The position numbers and the translations under genes were made by a program. The notes below the pieces were generated by a model. It did no database searches, was not told the origin of the DNA, and saw only the letters and a list, made by a program, of their open reading frames with translations. A stretch of DNA of 64,000 nucleotides from Magallana gigas (Eukaryota): positions 59,706,001-59,770,000 of the forward strand of contig NC_088855.1 of the NCBI RefSeq assembly GCF_963853765.1, in the 5' to 3' direction. Shown piece by piece: positions 52,147 to 64,000 of the stretch (the stretch's first letter is position 1; every line of letters begins with the position of its first letter).

Positions 52147-53404
52147 AGGGGAGCAAATATAAAATTGTAGTTAATTGATGTTATAGGTAATAACATCGTC
52201 TCAAGCCACGGGTTTTGTGTCCATTCTATTTCGTGGAAATAGAATGGACACAAAACCCGTGGCTTGAGACGATGAGGTAATAAGAAATAGCAAAGCTCAG
52301 ACAATATTTACATTCACCATTAAGTACGATTCCCTCTATTTCGTACAGAAATTGATTGTACATTCATAGCTCTTTAGAAACTAACAGGACTGAAATCTAC
52401 CAACCAAGCTAGTGACCTACAATGTACGAAAAATCACGGACTGCACATTATAATCATGATGATGTCAGACTTAAGTTTCCATGGGGTTTTTTTTAATCTA
52501 AAATACTGATATACACGATAACTTGGTTCTTCTTTTTTTATAATAATTTCTTTTTTTTTCGATCAAATTATTAATTTGTTTAAAAAAAAAGATGTATATT
52601 AAAAATAAAAAGCAAAATATAGAAAGTGAATTGTTTGTTGATGTGATGATGTCTATTCTTTTTCTTTTAAGATTCTAAGACTTTAGTTATGAGAAGTAGT
52701 AACCTTCAGTTGATTGTGCTAATGAAAAATAAATACTGTGGATGCCTATCATTAGCTACAGTCCTCTTGGAGAGAATACTGGTATCTTAGCTATAGTCCT
52801 CTTGGAGATAATACTGGTATCTTAGCTACAGTCCTCTTGGAGTGACTACTGGTATCTTAGCTACAGTCCTCCTGGAGTGACTACTGGTATCTTAGCTACA
52901 GTCCTCTTGGAGTGACTACTGGTATCTTAGCTACAGTCCCCCTAGAGCGACGACCGGTATCTTAGCTACAGTCCTCCTATAGAGACAACCGGTATCTTAG
53001 CTACAGTCCTCTTGGAGTGACTACTGGTATCTTAGCTACAGTCCTCTTGGAGTGACTACTGGTATCTTAGCTACAGTCCTCCTGGAGTGACTACTGGTAT
53101 CTCAGCTATAGCCCTCTTGGAGTGACTACTGGTATCTTGGCTACAGTCCTCCTGGAGTGACTACTGGCATCTAAGCTACAGTCCTCTTGGAGTGACTACT
53201 GGTATCTTACTTACAGCCCTCCTGGAGTGTCTACTGGTATACTGTGGAATCAATAGAATTCGTGGTGGCTTAATTTTCGTGGTATTCTTGGATAGCCCTC
53301 TCCCTCGAATTTACAACCTCAACGAACACAAATTTAGGAAGAGTTGTTATCGTTACTGAAACTGAAAACCGACGCATCCACGAAATTACATCCCAACGAA
53401 TAAG

Positions 53405-53405
<1 letters not shown>

Positions 53406-53441
<36 letters not shown>

Positions 53442-55375
53442 GAACAATAGGTATGATAAAATCAGCTTAATGGAGTCATAATACAAACTATCTGGACAAT
53501 GTACAATAATACATGTTGATCCTGTATAAATAAAATCCATTTTCCCCCTGGATATTCTTATGTTTATAATCATTAGTCCCTTTTCTAACAGGATGATTTT
53601 ATAGTCATATAATATGTTGAGAATTGCAGATCTCAAAAAGATCCTTAACAATTGTTTATATATGGGATATAAACGTACATAAACTCTGAACCTTCTTGTG
53701 AGGCCAAAGAATTGTCCTGGGGCCAAAGTCTTAACAATTATAAAGAATCATCTGGCTGATTAGTTTCTGAGAAGAAGATTTTTAAAGATTTACCATATAT
53801 ATTCCTTTGTTAAACTTTGACCCCCCCCCCCCCATTGTGGCCCCACCCTACCCCTAGGGATCATGATTTTCACAACTTTGAATTTACATTACCTGAGGAC
53901 GCTTCCACACAATTTTAAGCTTTCCTGGCTGATTAGTTTCTGAGAAGAAGATTTTTAAAGATTTACTCTATATATTCCTATGTAAAACTTTGACCTTCCA
54001 TTGTGGCCCCACCCTACCCTCGGGGGTCATGATTTTCACAACTACGAATCTACACTACCTGATGATGCTTCCACACAAGTGTCAGCATTACAGACTGATT
54101 AGTTTCTGAGAAGATTTTTAAAGATTTACTCTATATATTCCTATGTAAAACTTCGATCCCCCATTGTGGCACCACCCTACCCCCGGGGGTCATGATTTTC
54201 ACAACTTTGAATCTACACTACCTGAGGATGCTTTCACACAAGTTTCAGCTTTCCTGGCTGATTAGTTTCTGAGAAGAAGATTTTTAAAGATTTACTCTAT
54301 ATATTCCTATGTAAAACTTCGATCCCCCATTGTGGCCCCACCCTACCCCTGGGGATCATGATTTTCACAACTATGAATTAACACTACCTGAGGATGCTTC
54401 CACACAAGTTTCAGCTTTCCTGGCTGTTAAGTTTCTGAGAAGAAGATTTTTAAAGATTTACTCTATATATTCCTATGTTAAACTTCGACACCCCATTGTG
54501 GCCCCACCCTACCCCCAGGGGTCATGATTTTCACAACTATGAATCTACACTACATGAGGATGCTTCCACACAAGTGTCAGCTTTACTGGCTGATTAGTTT
54601 CTGAGTAGAAGATTTTTAAAGATTTACTCTATATATTCCTATGTAAAACTTCGATCCCCCATTGTGGCCCCACCTTACCCCCGGGGGTCATGATTTTCAC
54701 AACTATGAATCTACACTACCTGAGGATGCTTTCACACAAGTTTCAGCTTTCCTGGCTGATTAGTTTCTGAGAAGAAGATTTTTAAAGATTAACTCTATAT
54801 TTTCCTATGTAAAACTTCGACCGCCCATTGTGGCCCCACCCTACCCCCGGGGATCATGATTTTTACAACGTTGAATCTACACTACCTGAGGATGCTTTCA
54901 CACAAGTTTCAGCTTTCCCGGCTGATTAGTTTCTGAGAAGAAGATTTTTAAAGATTAACTCTAAATATTCCTATGTTAAATTTCGACCCCCCATTGTCGC
55001 CCCATCCTACCCTTCAGGGTCATGATTTTCACAAATTAGAATCTACACTACCTGAGGATGCTTCCACACAAGTTTCAGCTTTCCTGGTCTTATGGTTCAT
55101 GAGAAGAAGATTTTAAAAGATTTACTCTAAATATTCCTATGTTAAATTTCGACCCCCCATTGTGGCCCCACCCTACCCCCGGGGGTCATGATTTTCACAA
55201 ATTAGAATTTACACTACCTGATGATGCTTCCACACAAGTTTCAGCTTTCCTGGTCTTATGGTTCATGAGAAAAAGATTTTTGAAAATTTCTCGAAAATTT
55301 TCATAAATTCCTAATTATCTCCCTTTGCAAAAGGGCGTGATCCTTAATTTTCACAAATTTAAATCCCCTTAGGCT

Positions 55376-55424
<49 letters not shown>

Positions 55425-55503
55425 GAAAATGTTGAAAATGTGAAAAGTTTACAGACAGACGGACAGACAGACAGACGGACGACAGACAAAATGTGATCAG
55501 AAT

Positions 55504-55539
<36 letters not shown>
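53406..55539 (+). mobile_element. Helentron-associated interspersed element (HINE/pearl-like) carrying a Cg170-like satellite
   Basis: 5' AAACAAGAGGCCCATGGGCCACATCGCTCACCTG, central ~166-bp tandem array, GACA/GACG microsatellite, and 3' hairpin AGCTCACTTGAGC..GCTCAGGTGAGCT followed by AAAAA. This is the architecture known for oyster HINEs. Confidence 0.82.
53748..55281. repeat. ~166-bp satellite array (~9 units), Cg170/HindIII-like oyster satellite
   Basis: GAGAAGAAGATTTTTAAAGATTTACTCTATATATTCCTATGT...CCCATTGTGGCCCCACCCTACCCC recurs about every 166 bp. Confidence 0.85.
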
Positions 55540-56819
55540 TCAACACTCCACGAAAATTGGCCTCCACAAAATTAAGTGATTCCACAGTATTAGCTAGTCC
55601 TCTTGGAGTGACTAATGATATCTTAGCTACAGTCCTCTTGGAGTGACTACTGGTATCTTAGCTAGTCCTCCTGGAGTGACTACTGGTATCTTACCTACAG
55701 TCCTCTTGGAGTGACTACTGATATCTTAGCTAGTCCTCTTGGAGTGACTACTGGTATCTTAGCTACAGTCCTCTTGGAGTGACTACTGGTATCTTAGCTA
55801 CAGTCCTCTTGGAGTGACTACTGGTATCTTAGCTACAGTCCTCTTGGAGTGACTACTGGTATCTTAGCTACAGTCCTCCTGGAGTGACTACTGGTATCTT
55901 AGCTACAGTCCTCTTGGAGTGACTACTGATATCTAAGCTACAGTCCTCTTGGAGTGACTACTGGTATCTTAGCTACAGTCCTCTTGGAGTGACTACTGGT
56001 ATCTTAGCTACGGTCCTCATGGAGTGACTACTGGTATCTTAGCTACAGTCCTCTTGGAGTGACTACTGATATCTTAGCTACAGTCCTCTTGGAGTGACTA
56101 CTGATATCTTAGCTACAGTCCTCTTGGAGTGACTACCACTGTAAGTGTATACAATATCTGTTATCCAGGTCCAATCAAGGATGTACGGGGATTTACCCCG
56201 AGTTGTATTTCATACGCCCCAATGTCGCAGGTGACATAGAAAATAATGGAATTTATTGAGTATCAAGTATTGCAAAAAACTAGATCTGCTAAAGCAGGAC
56301 TTGATTCAGTAAACAAAAAGTTTTCTCAACAGTATAGCTGTTACAGTAATGTATTGTCAAGAGAAATATTTTATATATATCAAAATTTTCTTTGTCCACA
56401 TGGACCATGGACAAAGAAAATTTTGATATATTAATTATCAATATTCAGACAGATATCAGATGTTCTACCCTACATAACAGAAACTGTGATATCAATTCGA
56501 TTTTATACATTCAGCATCTTATCATTACAAATTCTTCATTAAAGTAAAATTAGTTGTACACAAAAGGTTTTATAACAACACGTACAAAAACATGTACATT
56601 GTACCATATTCTGTAAATTTAAGACTAATGATAAATAAACATGTATAAAACCTGTTAGAACATGAGTCCTAACCGATCATCCCTGTTTATACTGTAAAAG
56701 ATTCAGATCATAATAAAATTACACTGATCACAATCTCAGTCCAACCTTCTGACAGAAGAGATGATGTTGTTGACAATTGACAGTAAATAGTCCTGTAATA
56801 TCACTACACTACAGTGCTA

Positions 56820-58022
56820 TCAGGAGGCCTTTGTTTTCTCCCACTGCTCTGGAGTTAAGGTTTTCATCTGGAATGCGTGGATGACCTTTAATTCTTCTTC
56901 TAAAACTTTATTCACAAGCCTACAAGAACAAAGATAAACTATTTTCATTTCTTCCACAAAATGGTTTTGTCCTGTTACACTGGTATTTCATTAAAAACCA
57001 AAAAATCTGTCAAAAATCTTGAGAAGCCTTAACAAAGAGCCTTGGTGAATTTTAATGCCATTTTTTTTAACTTATTAATTTTCCACCTTTGTCATATTAA
57101 TATTCTTCATTAAAAACCGAATTTATGTCAGTGAAGAGTTCCACCTGTGTCTCTGAAGAAGGGGAAGCCCCTCAAACTTGGAGGAGACAATGACGGTCTG
57201 AAACTTGGCACCACATCCATCTGACATGTCCACAACTTCCTACAAAGAATAAAAGTACTGAGAGTACTGAAGGATGAAGGCAAGCAAAATGTACATGCAT
57301 GCATACTGTAAACGTACTATATTTGGCGTGTACAACATTTGGTAGAAATTAGTTTTTGAACAAGTTGGAAGATTTGAATTAGCGTATTCCTGAATGTGAC
57401 TATTCTTATACATATATGCTTGGCATTTAGCGATGTAGTTGATTTAGCAAAAGTCGCATTCCGCCAAAAGCACTAAATAGAATACACAGCAAATGTAGTG
57501 TGATAACAGTATTACAACATCTGAGTTATTTAAGAAAAACAGTCTATGATATTTTTTTCTATTGCATCTAGTCTTAAGGCCAGCATTTTTTTAATTTTAG
57601 GTTTACAAACCCGCCGCTCGGTTTTCTGAGTTTTTAGAAAAAAAATAAAATTACAAAAAAGATTTTTTTTTCTCCCCGACAGCAAATTTTTCCTAGTAGG
57701 AAAAGTGTATCGTCATTGTTATCACAGAGGCATAAAATCTGCTCTTTTTGTGTCATGATAGCCTAAAAATTTCTTACGCATCTTTTTCTCGTGCTACATT
57801 CTTCAGAGAAGCTTCTACAAGCACTCTGCTGTAAGTTTCATACTTTGAAGTTTTACCGACAGTGTTGACCAGTGGCTAGACGAAATAGTCACACTTCACT
57901 GAACATGGCTTCGATAGTTACCTGTGCAGCTGTTTTCAAGTACATCACTGTAAAATGATTCCCTTTCTTTTTGTGTTGAATTGGCATATGTATTCATTGG
58001 CTTTTTTAAACATTTATTTTAC

Positions 58023-58087
<65 letters not shown>

Positions 58088-60740
58088 TGTATTAGAGATA
58101 TTATAAATTTCTGCAGTAACTATTCTCATGAACACAATTTAAAGTGACTTGCCTAGTGAATTAAAAAAAAATCATATTTTGCATATTATTGTTTGTGCAT
58201 TTTCCGTTATTTTCAATTAAAATTTACCATTTCATAATTCATTGCATAGTTGTAATTTGTACATGGAAATTCAACAGGATAAAATACATGCACACATATA
58301 GTTGCAGTGATTTTATAGAGTCTGTTCACATTCACAATGTTATGTTTGAGTTTTCTCACATATAAACACCCAAACCAATTTTGTAAATAAAATGTGAGAG
58401 ATCAATGAAGTTGAATATTTTTTAACTAGTCTACTGCAGAAAACATGAAAGTAATAAATATTTTGTATAGTAATAATTATATACTAGTATCATACAGGAG
58501 AAAACATTATGACTTTATGTACATAAAATTTAGGTTTTTTTTTATAAAATGAAATGTTGACATGTTCGACAATAGTCTGACTAGGAACTTTGAATCTTGG
58601 GCTAGTAACTTTGTGGCCAATTTTTGTAATTGCACACCCCTGACATTGCTATATGTACATGTAATTTCAAAGCTGTATGTCTAATATTCTATTGTACTAT
58701 TTCAGTGATATGTTACACAGATGACATACTTTTCATATGCTACACTTGATGCAGTTACACATCACTATCATGAAGTTGTCATTCATTATATTATTAGAAT
58801 AAAGATGATGTCATAAAAGGGTTTTTTTCTCCTACAGAACTTTACAATTTTGTGGTTCGTAAACCTAAAAATAAGAAAATTGTAGGTCAAAAGAGGTTTT
58901 TATTTTTTTTTTATTTCCTCCTCCTACGGAACTTTATCATTTTGTTGTTTGTAAACCTAAAAATAAAAAAATGCTGGCCTAATGATTTTGTGTATCCCCT
59001 CAGCATCTGGTGACATAAGACTCCACGGCTTTTCTGTCACCTTGAGACAAATATTTTGGTATTTTGTCCTTTGGCAATTTTACGCAATGTAGTATATGTG
59101 AAATAATAACTCTGAGAGATATTACACCTTATGGGTGTTATTTACTCAGGGTTTCAGTTCTCAAATTCCGATTGTTAAAAAGTTCAATGTAATGAGTAAA
59201 ATTTGTTCTAAACACAAAAAGTATTTATGAAATGAATTATTATTGACAAAACATTCAATAGTTTTACTTTATTATGGAATTATGCTCAAACAAAAATTGA
59301 CTTTAAGCCAAACAGAGGAAATTCGGACTAAATTTTGCAGATTTTGATTTCTGCTAAAAGTTTTTTGGCAGTAGTCTAAAATTAAAAGTTAGGATTTTAT
59401 ATTAAAGTCTACGTAATTTTGCATATTTTCCGTTGGTTTTACCTCACTTATTCATTAAAATAATCTTATGGCACGAATAATAATAATATTGAAAAATGCT
59501 TAAAAACGATAAAAGACATCATATCTCAAAATTTTGATCATTGACCTCATATAAATTTTATGCCAACAGAATAAGGTCAATATAAGTAGTTCAATATCAT
59601 AAATGTTTTTGTATTATCATCATTCAATTTTTTGTAAAATTGAATCAAAAATGGGTAGGGATTTGAAAACTGATAGAGGAAATTCGGACTGAATTATTTT
59701 TAAAAATTGATGCTGAAATCTTAATGTTGTATACTTATTTAGTGCCACTACCATTCGTAAACTGTATCTTATTTTTTAAAGTGTTTAATTATTTTTAATA
59801 TTTTATAATTAGGAAAATCTCAATCGTAGTGTAAAATTTTAAGGGATTTTTCTTGAATTTTCAATAAATATTCAATTTACTCAAAAAGTAAGTCATTGAC
59901 CTACTTTTCTGAAAGTGAAAAATAACAATACAAGCAAAGGTCTATAACACACAATAGATGGGTTTTCATTATCATCAGTGGATTTTTTTTTCATTCTGAG
60001 TAAACGTCATCCTTATACAACCTCTAAGGCAAGAGAGACAACAAAAAGTTTGGGAGAGTCACATCCAACGTATGCGGGATCATTTTTAAAAGAAGTTTTA
60101 TCTTTTATTATAATGTTTCAACTGTCTATATTAAACAGACAGTTTAAAGCAACTCATTTTATACTTTTTTGTAAAAAAGCAAATCATGACCTCTCGATTA
60201 CCTTCCATTTGAAATCTGTCTAGTAGTTTTGAAGTGTTTGAGACTACTAGATGCATAAAACACTTGGAAAAATGACCAACACAAATTTATTTTGACTATT
60301 GATATCTTCCATGCAGTATTACTTTTTGGAAATAATTGCTATAAATACCAATAGGAGATTTACATTATGTATTATCAAAAATCTACATTAATTTCACTCA
60401 TAATTTCTTAATTATTGTAATTATATCAAAACCTAACCTAAACAGTTTATCTTTATATTTACAAACCAAGTATCATTGTTTACAGCCAGACAAATTGATT
60501 ATGAGTCTGTTTGGGTACGAGTCGGTTTGGATACGACTTTACCTGTTTACTTGATTCCATTTCTCATCCCATTACAGCCCCCAACCCCCGGTCAATTTTG
60601 GTTGTCTGGTAATACATAAAACACACATCGAAAACATGAAAAGGGAAGCTTTGTTATGTTAAACTACTAACCAAGTGTGTGATATCGCCGAGTTCCTGAG
60701 AGGATCTCAGCTTCTCTTCGATGTGCTCAGTGCTGGACAT
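56820..60740 (-). CDS. BOLA2: BolA-like protein 2, 87 aa (missed by the ORF track because the exons are short)
   Basis: Exons 60740-60672, 57239-57145 and 56919-56820, GT-AG, phases 0 and 2. Translation: MSSTEHIEEKLRSSQELGDITHL-EVVDMSDGCGAKFQTVIVSSKFEGLPLLQRHR-LVNKVLEEELKVIHAFQMKTLTPEQWEKTKAS*. It has the BOLA2-type GCG, FEG..LLQRHR and IHA motifs. Confidence 0.93.
57574..58981. mobile_element. TIR element in BOLA2 intron 1
   Basis: TTAAGGCCAGCATTTTTTTAATTTTAGGTTTAC / GTAAACCTAAAAATAAAAAAATGCTGGCCTAA. Confidence 0.6.
58036..58084. repeat. (AG)n microsatellite
   Basis: Uninterrupted AG dinucleotide run. Confidence 0.95.
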
Positions 60741-60971
60741 GTTTTCTTTGCTTTACGAATGAACTATAGCAAAACGAAAAATTCAATGAAATGTTATTCA
60801 GCAGGTTTTTCAACGAGTCAAAGAGCTATAAAATGTTACATAACTATATTCTATCTTTATATTTATTAATCAATTCACCTTTAATGTGAAATTGAATGAC
60901 GATTTAATTGATTAAAAAATTAAAAGTAATTTTCGTTTTGAAAACTTTATCCTCTTAGTCTTGAATGTGAC
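60741..60971. promoter_or_regulatory. Putative bidirectional promoter between BOLA2 and the SelO-like gene
   Basis: 231 bp between divergent ATGs. Confidence 0.5.
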
Positions 60972-62947
60972 ATGAGGCTACTTTCACTTTTACTGACACT
61001 TCTACATTTCGGTGGCTATGATTTTGTTTTAGCAAGGTCCAGTGACTGTTTTAAGTTATCAATTTTAGATCTAGTCACAAATAGCCAATGTCCGAGACAT
61101 TATGCTCCACAAAGTTTTCATACATGGCGATTTGACCGTCATCAAGATCTAGCCGCCTCCTTCCCGTTGGATCCTATTGCACAAAATTTTGTTCGACAAG
61201 TCCCGGGCTGTTTGTTTTCGGTCACCTATCCTCTTCCACTGAAGTCAAAACTGCAGCTTGTTGCTTTTTCTAAGCCGGTTTTTAATGATATTCTTGGTCT
61301 GACTGATGCTGCAACCTCAGAAGTAGAGTTTGTGGAATTTGTGAGTGGCTCTCTCATTTTGCCTGGTTCTCTCCCTTTGTCACACAGGTATGGAGGGCAC
61401 CAGTTCGGATACTGGTCGGGACAGTTGGGAGATGGGAGGGCGGTCATGCTGGGGAAGTTTGTCAGTCACCGCGGTGAAAGATGGGAGCTCCAACTGAAGG
61501 GGTCAGGACGAACACCGTACTCACGCCATGGAGACGGTCGAGCGGTGCTGAGGTCATCTGTTCGAGAGTTCTTGTGTAGTGAAGCAATGTTTCATCTCGG
61601 TATGTTTATGCTTCTGTATGTTATTATACTGGAAATGGAAAAATAAATAGATTTTTGAAATGCTTGCATGTATATGCTTCCTATGTTTGAGACATGTATT
61701 AAGATTGAAGGCAAAAGTAAAATGTCTACCCCTATGGAAAAATATGAATTTGGTAGCTCTATTTCAAACAGTAGTAATTTCTTTCTGACCAATTTTTCTT
61801 GTCATTGATATTCATATGTATCAAAGTTTTATAATTTCTTAATATATGTATCTTAAATGTAGGTATTCCAACCAGTCGAGCGGCAACACTTGTAGTGTCT
61901 GATGATCCAGTTGTGCGTGATCAGTTTTATAACGGTAAACCACGAACAGAGAGAGCTGCAGTTGTCCTTAGGTTGGCTCCTTCCTGGTTCCGAATTGGTT
62001 CATTAGAGATATTGGCGAAAAACAAGGAACTTGAGCTTCTCCAACAGCTTTTGGATTTTGTCATCAAGAATCATTTTCCTCAGGTTGATATTAAGGCTAA
62101 GGACAGGTACTTCGCTCTGTACAGTACAATTGTGTCACAAACAGCTCAGCTAGTGGCCAAGTGGCAGAGTGTGGGATTTACCCATGGCGTCTGCAACACC
62201 GATAACTTCAGTCTTCTTTCTATCACCATTGACTATGGACCTTTTGGGTTTATGGACGAGTACAATCCTAGATTTGTTCCCAATACTTCGGACGATGAAG
62301 GAAGATACAGCTATGAAAACCAGCCAGATGTTGGTTACTTCAACTTGGAAAAACTTGGAGATGCTTTAAAACCAGTCCTGATAAGATCTCAAGTGAAACA
62401 ACTTCAGAACATTCTGAAAGGTTATGAGAGAATTTATAAAGACAAGTTCATGGAATTGTTTAGGAGAAAACTAGGCTTATTGACCATTGATGAAGATGAT
62501 GAAAATTTAGTGGCTGTATTTTTAAAAATCATGGAGGACACAAAAGCAGATTTTACTATGTCTTTTTGTGAACTTGGAGAAATTGATCTGAGAGAAATAT
62601 TAAATACGAAAGAAGTACCCAAGAAATACTGGGCACTGACTTCAATGGCAGACCATGAGTGGTTCTGGAATTGGGTAGATAAATATAAAATCAGGCTAAA
62701 GCAGGAAGGGATAGACGAGGCGACTCGACAGACACTGATGAATAAGACCAACCCCAGGTACATACTGAGGAACTGGATGGCTCAAGAGGCCATAGAGAGG
62801 GCTAACAACAATGATTTCAGTGGGGTCCAGAAACTACTGAGGGTCCTGGAGCACCCCACAGACTGGGACCCAGAGGCGGAGCGTGCAGGGTATGCCTCAC
62901 GACCCCCAGACTGGTCCAAATCTCTGAAAGTCAGCTGCTCCTCATGA
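60972..62947 (+). CDS. SelO/YdiU-family protein adenylyltransferase (AMPylase), Cys-type, predicted signal peptide, 570 aa
   Basis: Exons 60972-61599 and 61863-62947 (phase 1, GT-AG). Motifs GHQFG..GQLGDGR, QLKGSGRTPYSRHGDGRAVLRSSVREFLCSEAM, HGVCNTDN..IDYGPFGF, NPRYILRNWMAQ and C-terminal VSCSS. Orthology to SELENOO versus a paralog is not determined. Confidence 0.92.
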
Positions 62948-63384
62948 TTCTAGGAAGGAATGATTAACGAGGGAGGGGGAGGCATTGTGTATACATGTTT
63001 TGTTTGCATTATTAAAGTCTTTGTTTTTTGTTTTTCCTTTAAGTTATTTGTTTCTTTGGTCAGCAATTTTGTAGCCTATCCCCTGTTTATTTCACTTAGC
63101 TATATTATATTGGGGGTGTCAGGTACAGGTACTGTATGTGAGGCGTTGTCGCACAATTCATGGTCATTCTGCTACTGTACAATACATAGTATGCTCTGTT
63201 TCTTTAGGTGACCATTGTTTAAACTGTAAAGAAATATTTGAGTCGAAGGATAATCACAATCCTTAAAAATTTATAGAAAAGACAATTCAAGTCATTTATT
63301 CTCAAGAACCACTCAATTTATACACACGATACAATATCATATGGCACATGAGGTACACAAATATAAAATCAATATTATATTTGA

Positions 63385-63665
63385 CATAGGCGTCGGAACG
63401 GGGGGGGGGGGGGGGCTAGGGGGGCTTAGCCCCCCCCCCCCCTCCCCCCACGTTTTTTGCAAATTTAGACTAACCATTAGGCACATAGCAGCATAGAGGG
63501 TTTAGCCGCCCCCCCCCCCCCCCCCCCCCCCACTTTTTCTCGCCGGAAATGTAATTGCTCCTAAATTTACATTGAAAGATTGAGAATTAGTTTTTTTTTT
63601 CAATACTTCTGAGGATTAGTCACACCCCCCCCCCCCCCCCACTTTCAATTTGCTTCCGACGCCAG
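63385..63665. mobile_element. Poly-G/poly-C MITE-like element
   Basis: Termini AGGCGTCGGAA / TTCCGACGCC, with internal poly-G and poly-C tracts. Confidence 0.5.
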
Positions 63666-64000
63666 TGTTTAAATATAATTGTCAAGGGTATGAGCATGCA
63701 ACTAAATTGTCAATCTATTTGAGGTTATAAGAATTGTTAAACAGCATCGTGGAGGAGAGGTTTACTAATTTAGTTTTAATTAGATTGCTAAAATGTGCAA
63801 GTCAAAGTTCTACCAATAAACAGGGTGGGGTGCATAACGATGCATGCAACAAGTATGAATGAAATGGAATTTTGGAAATAAATTCATTGAATTTCTTATA
63901 TTTTACAATCATGATGACACGACAATTTCCTTTTCATCACAATTGCATAGTTTATTAATAAGTAATTTTAGAGAAAAAAATATTTTGTGTTAAAAAGAGG

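Larger units (their letters stand above)
53240..55589. mobile_element. TA-flanked MITE hosting a HINE
   Basis: TIR TACTGTGGAATCA / TGATTCCACAGTA. Confidence 0.7.
52752..56137. repeat. 35-bp minisatellite (CTACAGTCCTCTTGGAGTGACTACTGGTATCTTAG) in two blocks, ~52752-53239 and ~55590-56137
   Basis: Periodicity is directly visible. The array is split by the nested insertion 53240-55589. Confidence 0.95.

Noticed and set aside
52752-56146. Splice-like words in and next to the 35-bp satellite (CTTAGCTACAG, GTAAGT at its end)
   Set aside because: No exon could be reconstructed here, so there is no support for a junction origin.
62935-63250. Possible selenocysteine read-through or SECIS for the SelO-like gene
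   Set aside because: The redox position is TGC (Cys). The TGA follows Ser-Ser as a normal stop, and I could not recognise a SECIS.

Overview
Eukaryotic, AT-rich, repeat-rich genomic DNA, most likely an oyster (Crassostrea/Magallana), judged from a Cg170-like ~166-bp satellite inside a Helentron-type element. I reconstructed five spliced genes by hand, with all intron phases consistent: an SLC10 bile-acid:Na+ symporter-family gene (-, 3 exons), two-pore channel TPC1 (-, 26 exons, 833 aa), IQCD/DRC10 (+, 4 exons), BOLA2 (-, 3 exons) and a Cys-type SelO AMPylase with a predicted signal peptide (+, 2 exons). They include two tight head-to-head pairs: TPCN1/IQCD, an arrangement also found in human, and BOLA2/SelO-like. 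The most unusual signal is in TPCN1. At least 7-8 of its 50 splice junctions are the terminal unit of a junction-specific tandem repeat (22, 26, 42, 50, 72, 73 and 92 bp units, plus one degenerate set). Its introns therefore hold roughly a hundred decoy donor/acceptor copies, and those I checked would mostly give frameshifts or stop codons. One old duplicate shows only synonymous changes in its VEDFYR core and may be a hidden alternative exon. The rest is MITEs, nested elements, a LINE remnant, satellites and two N gaps.
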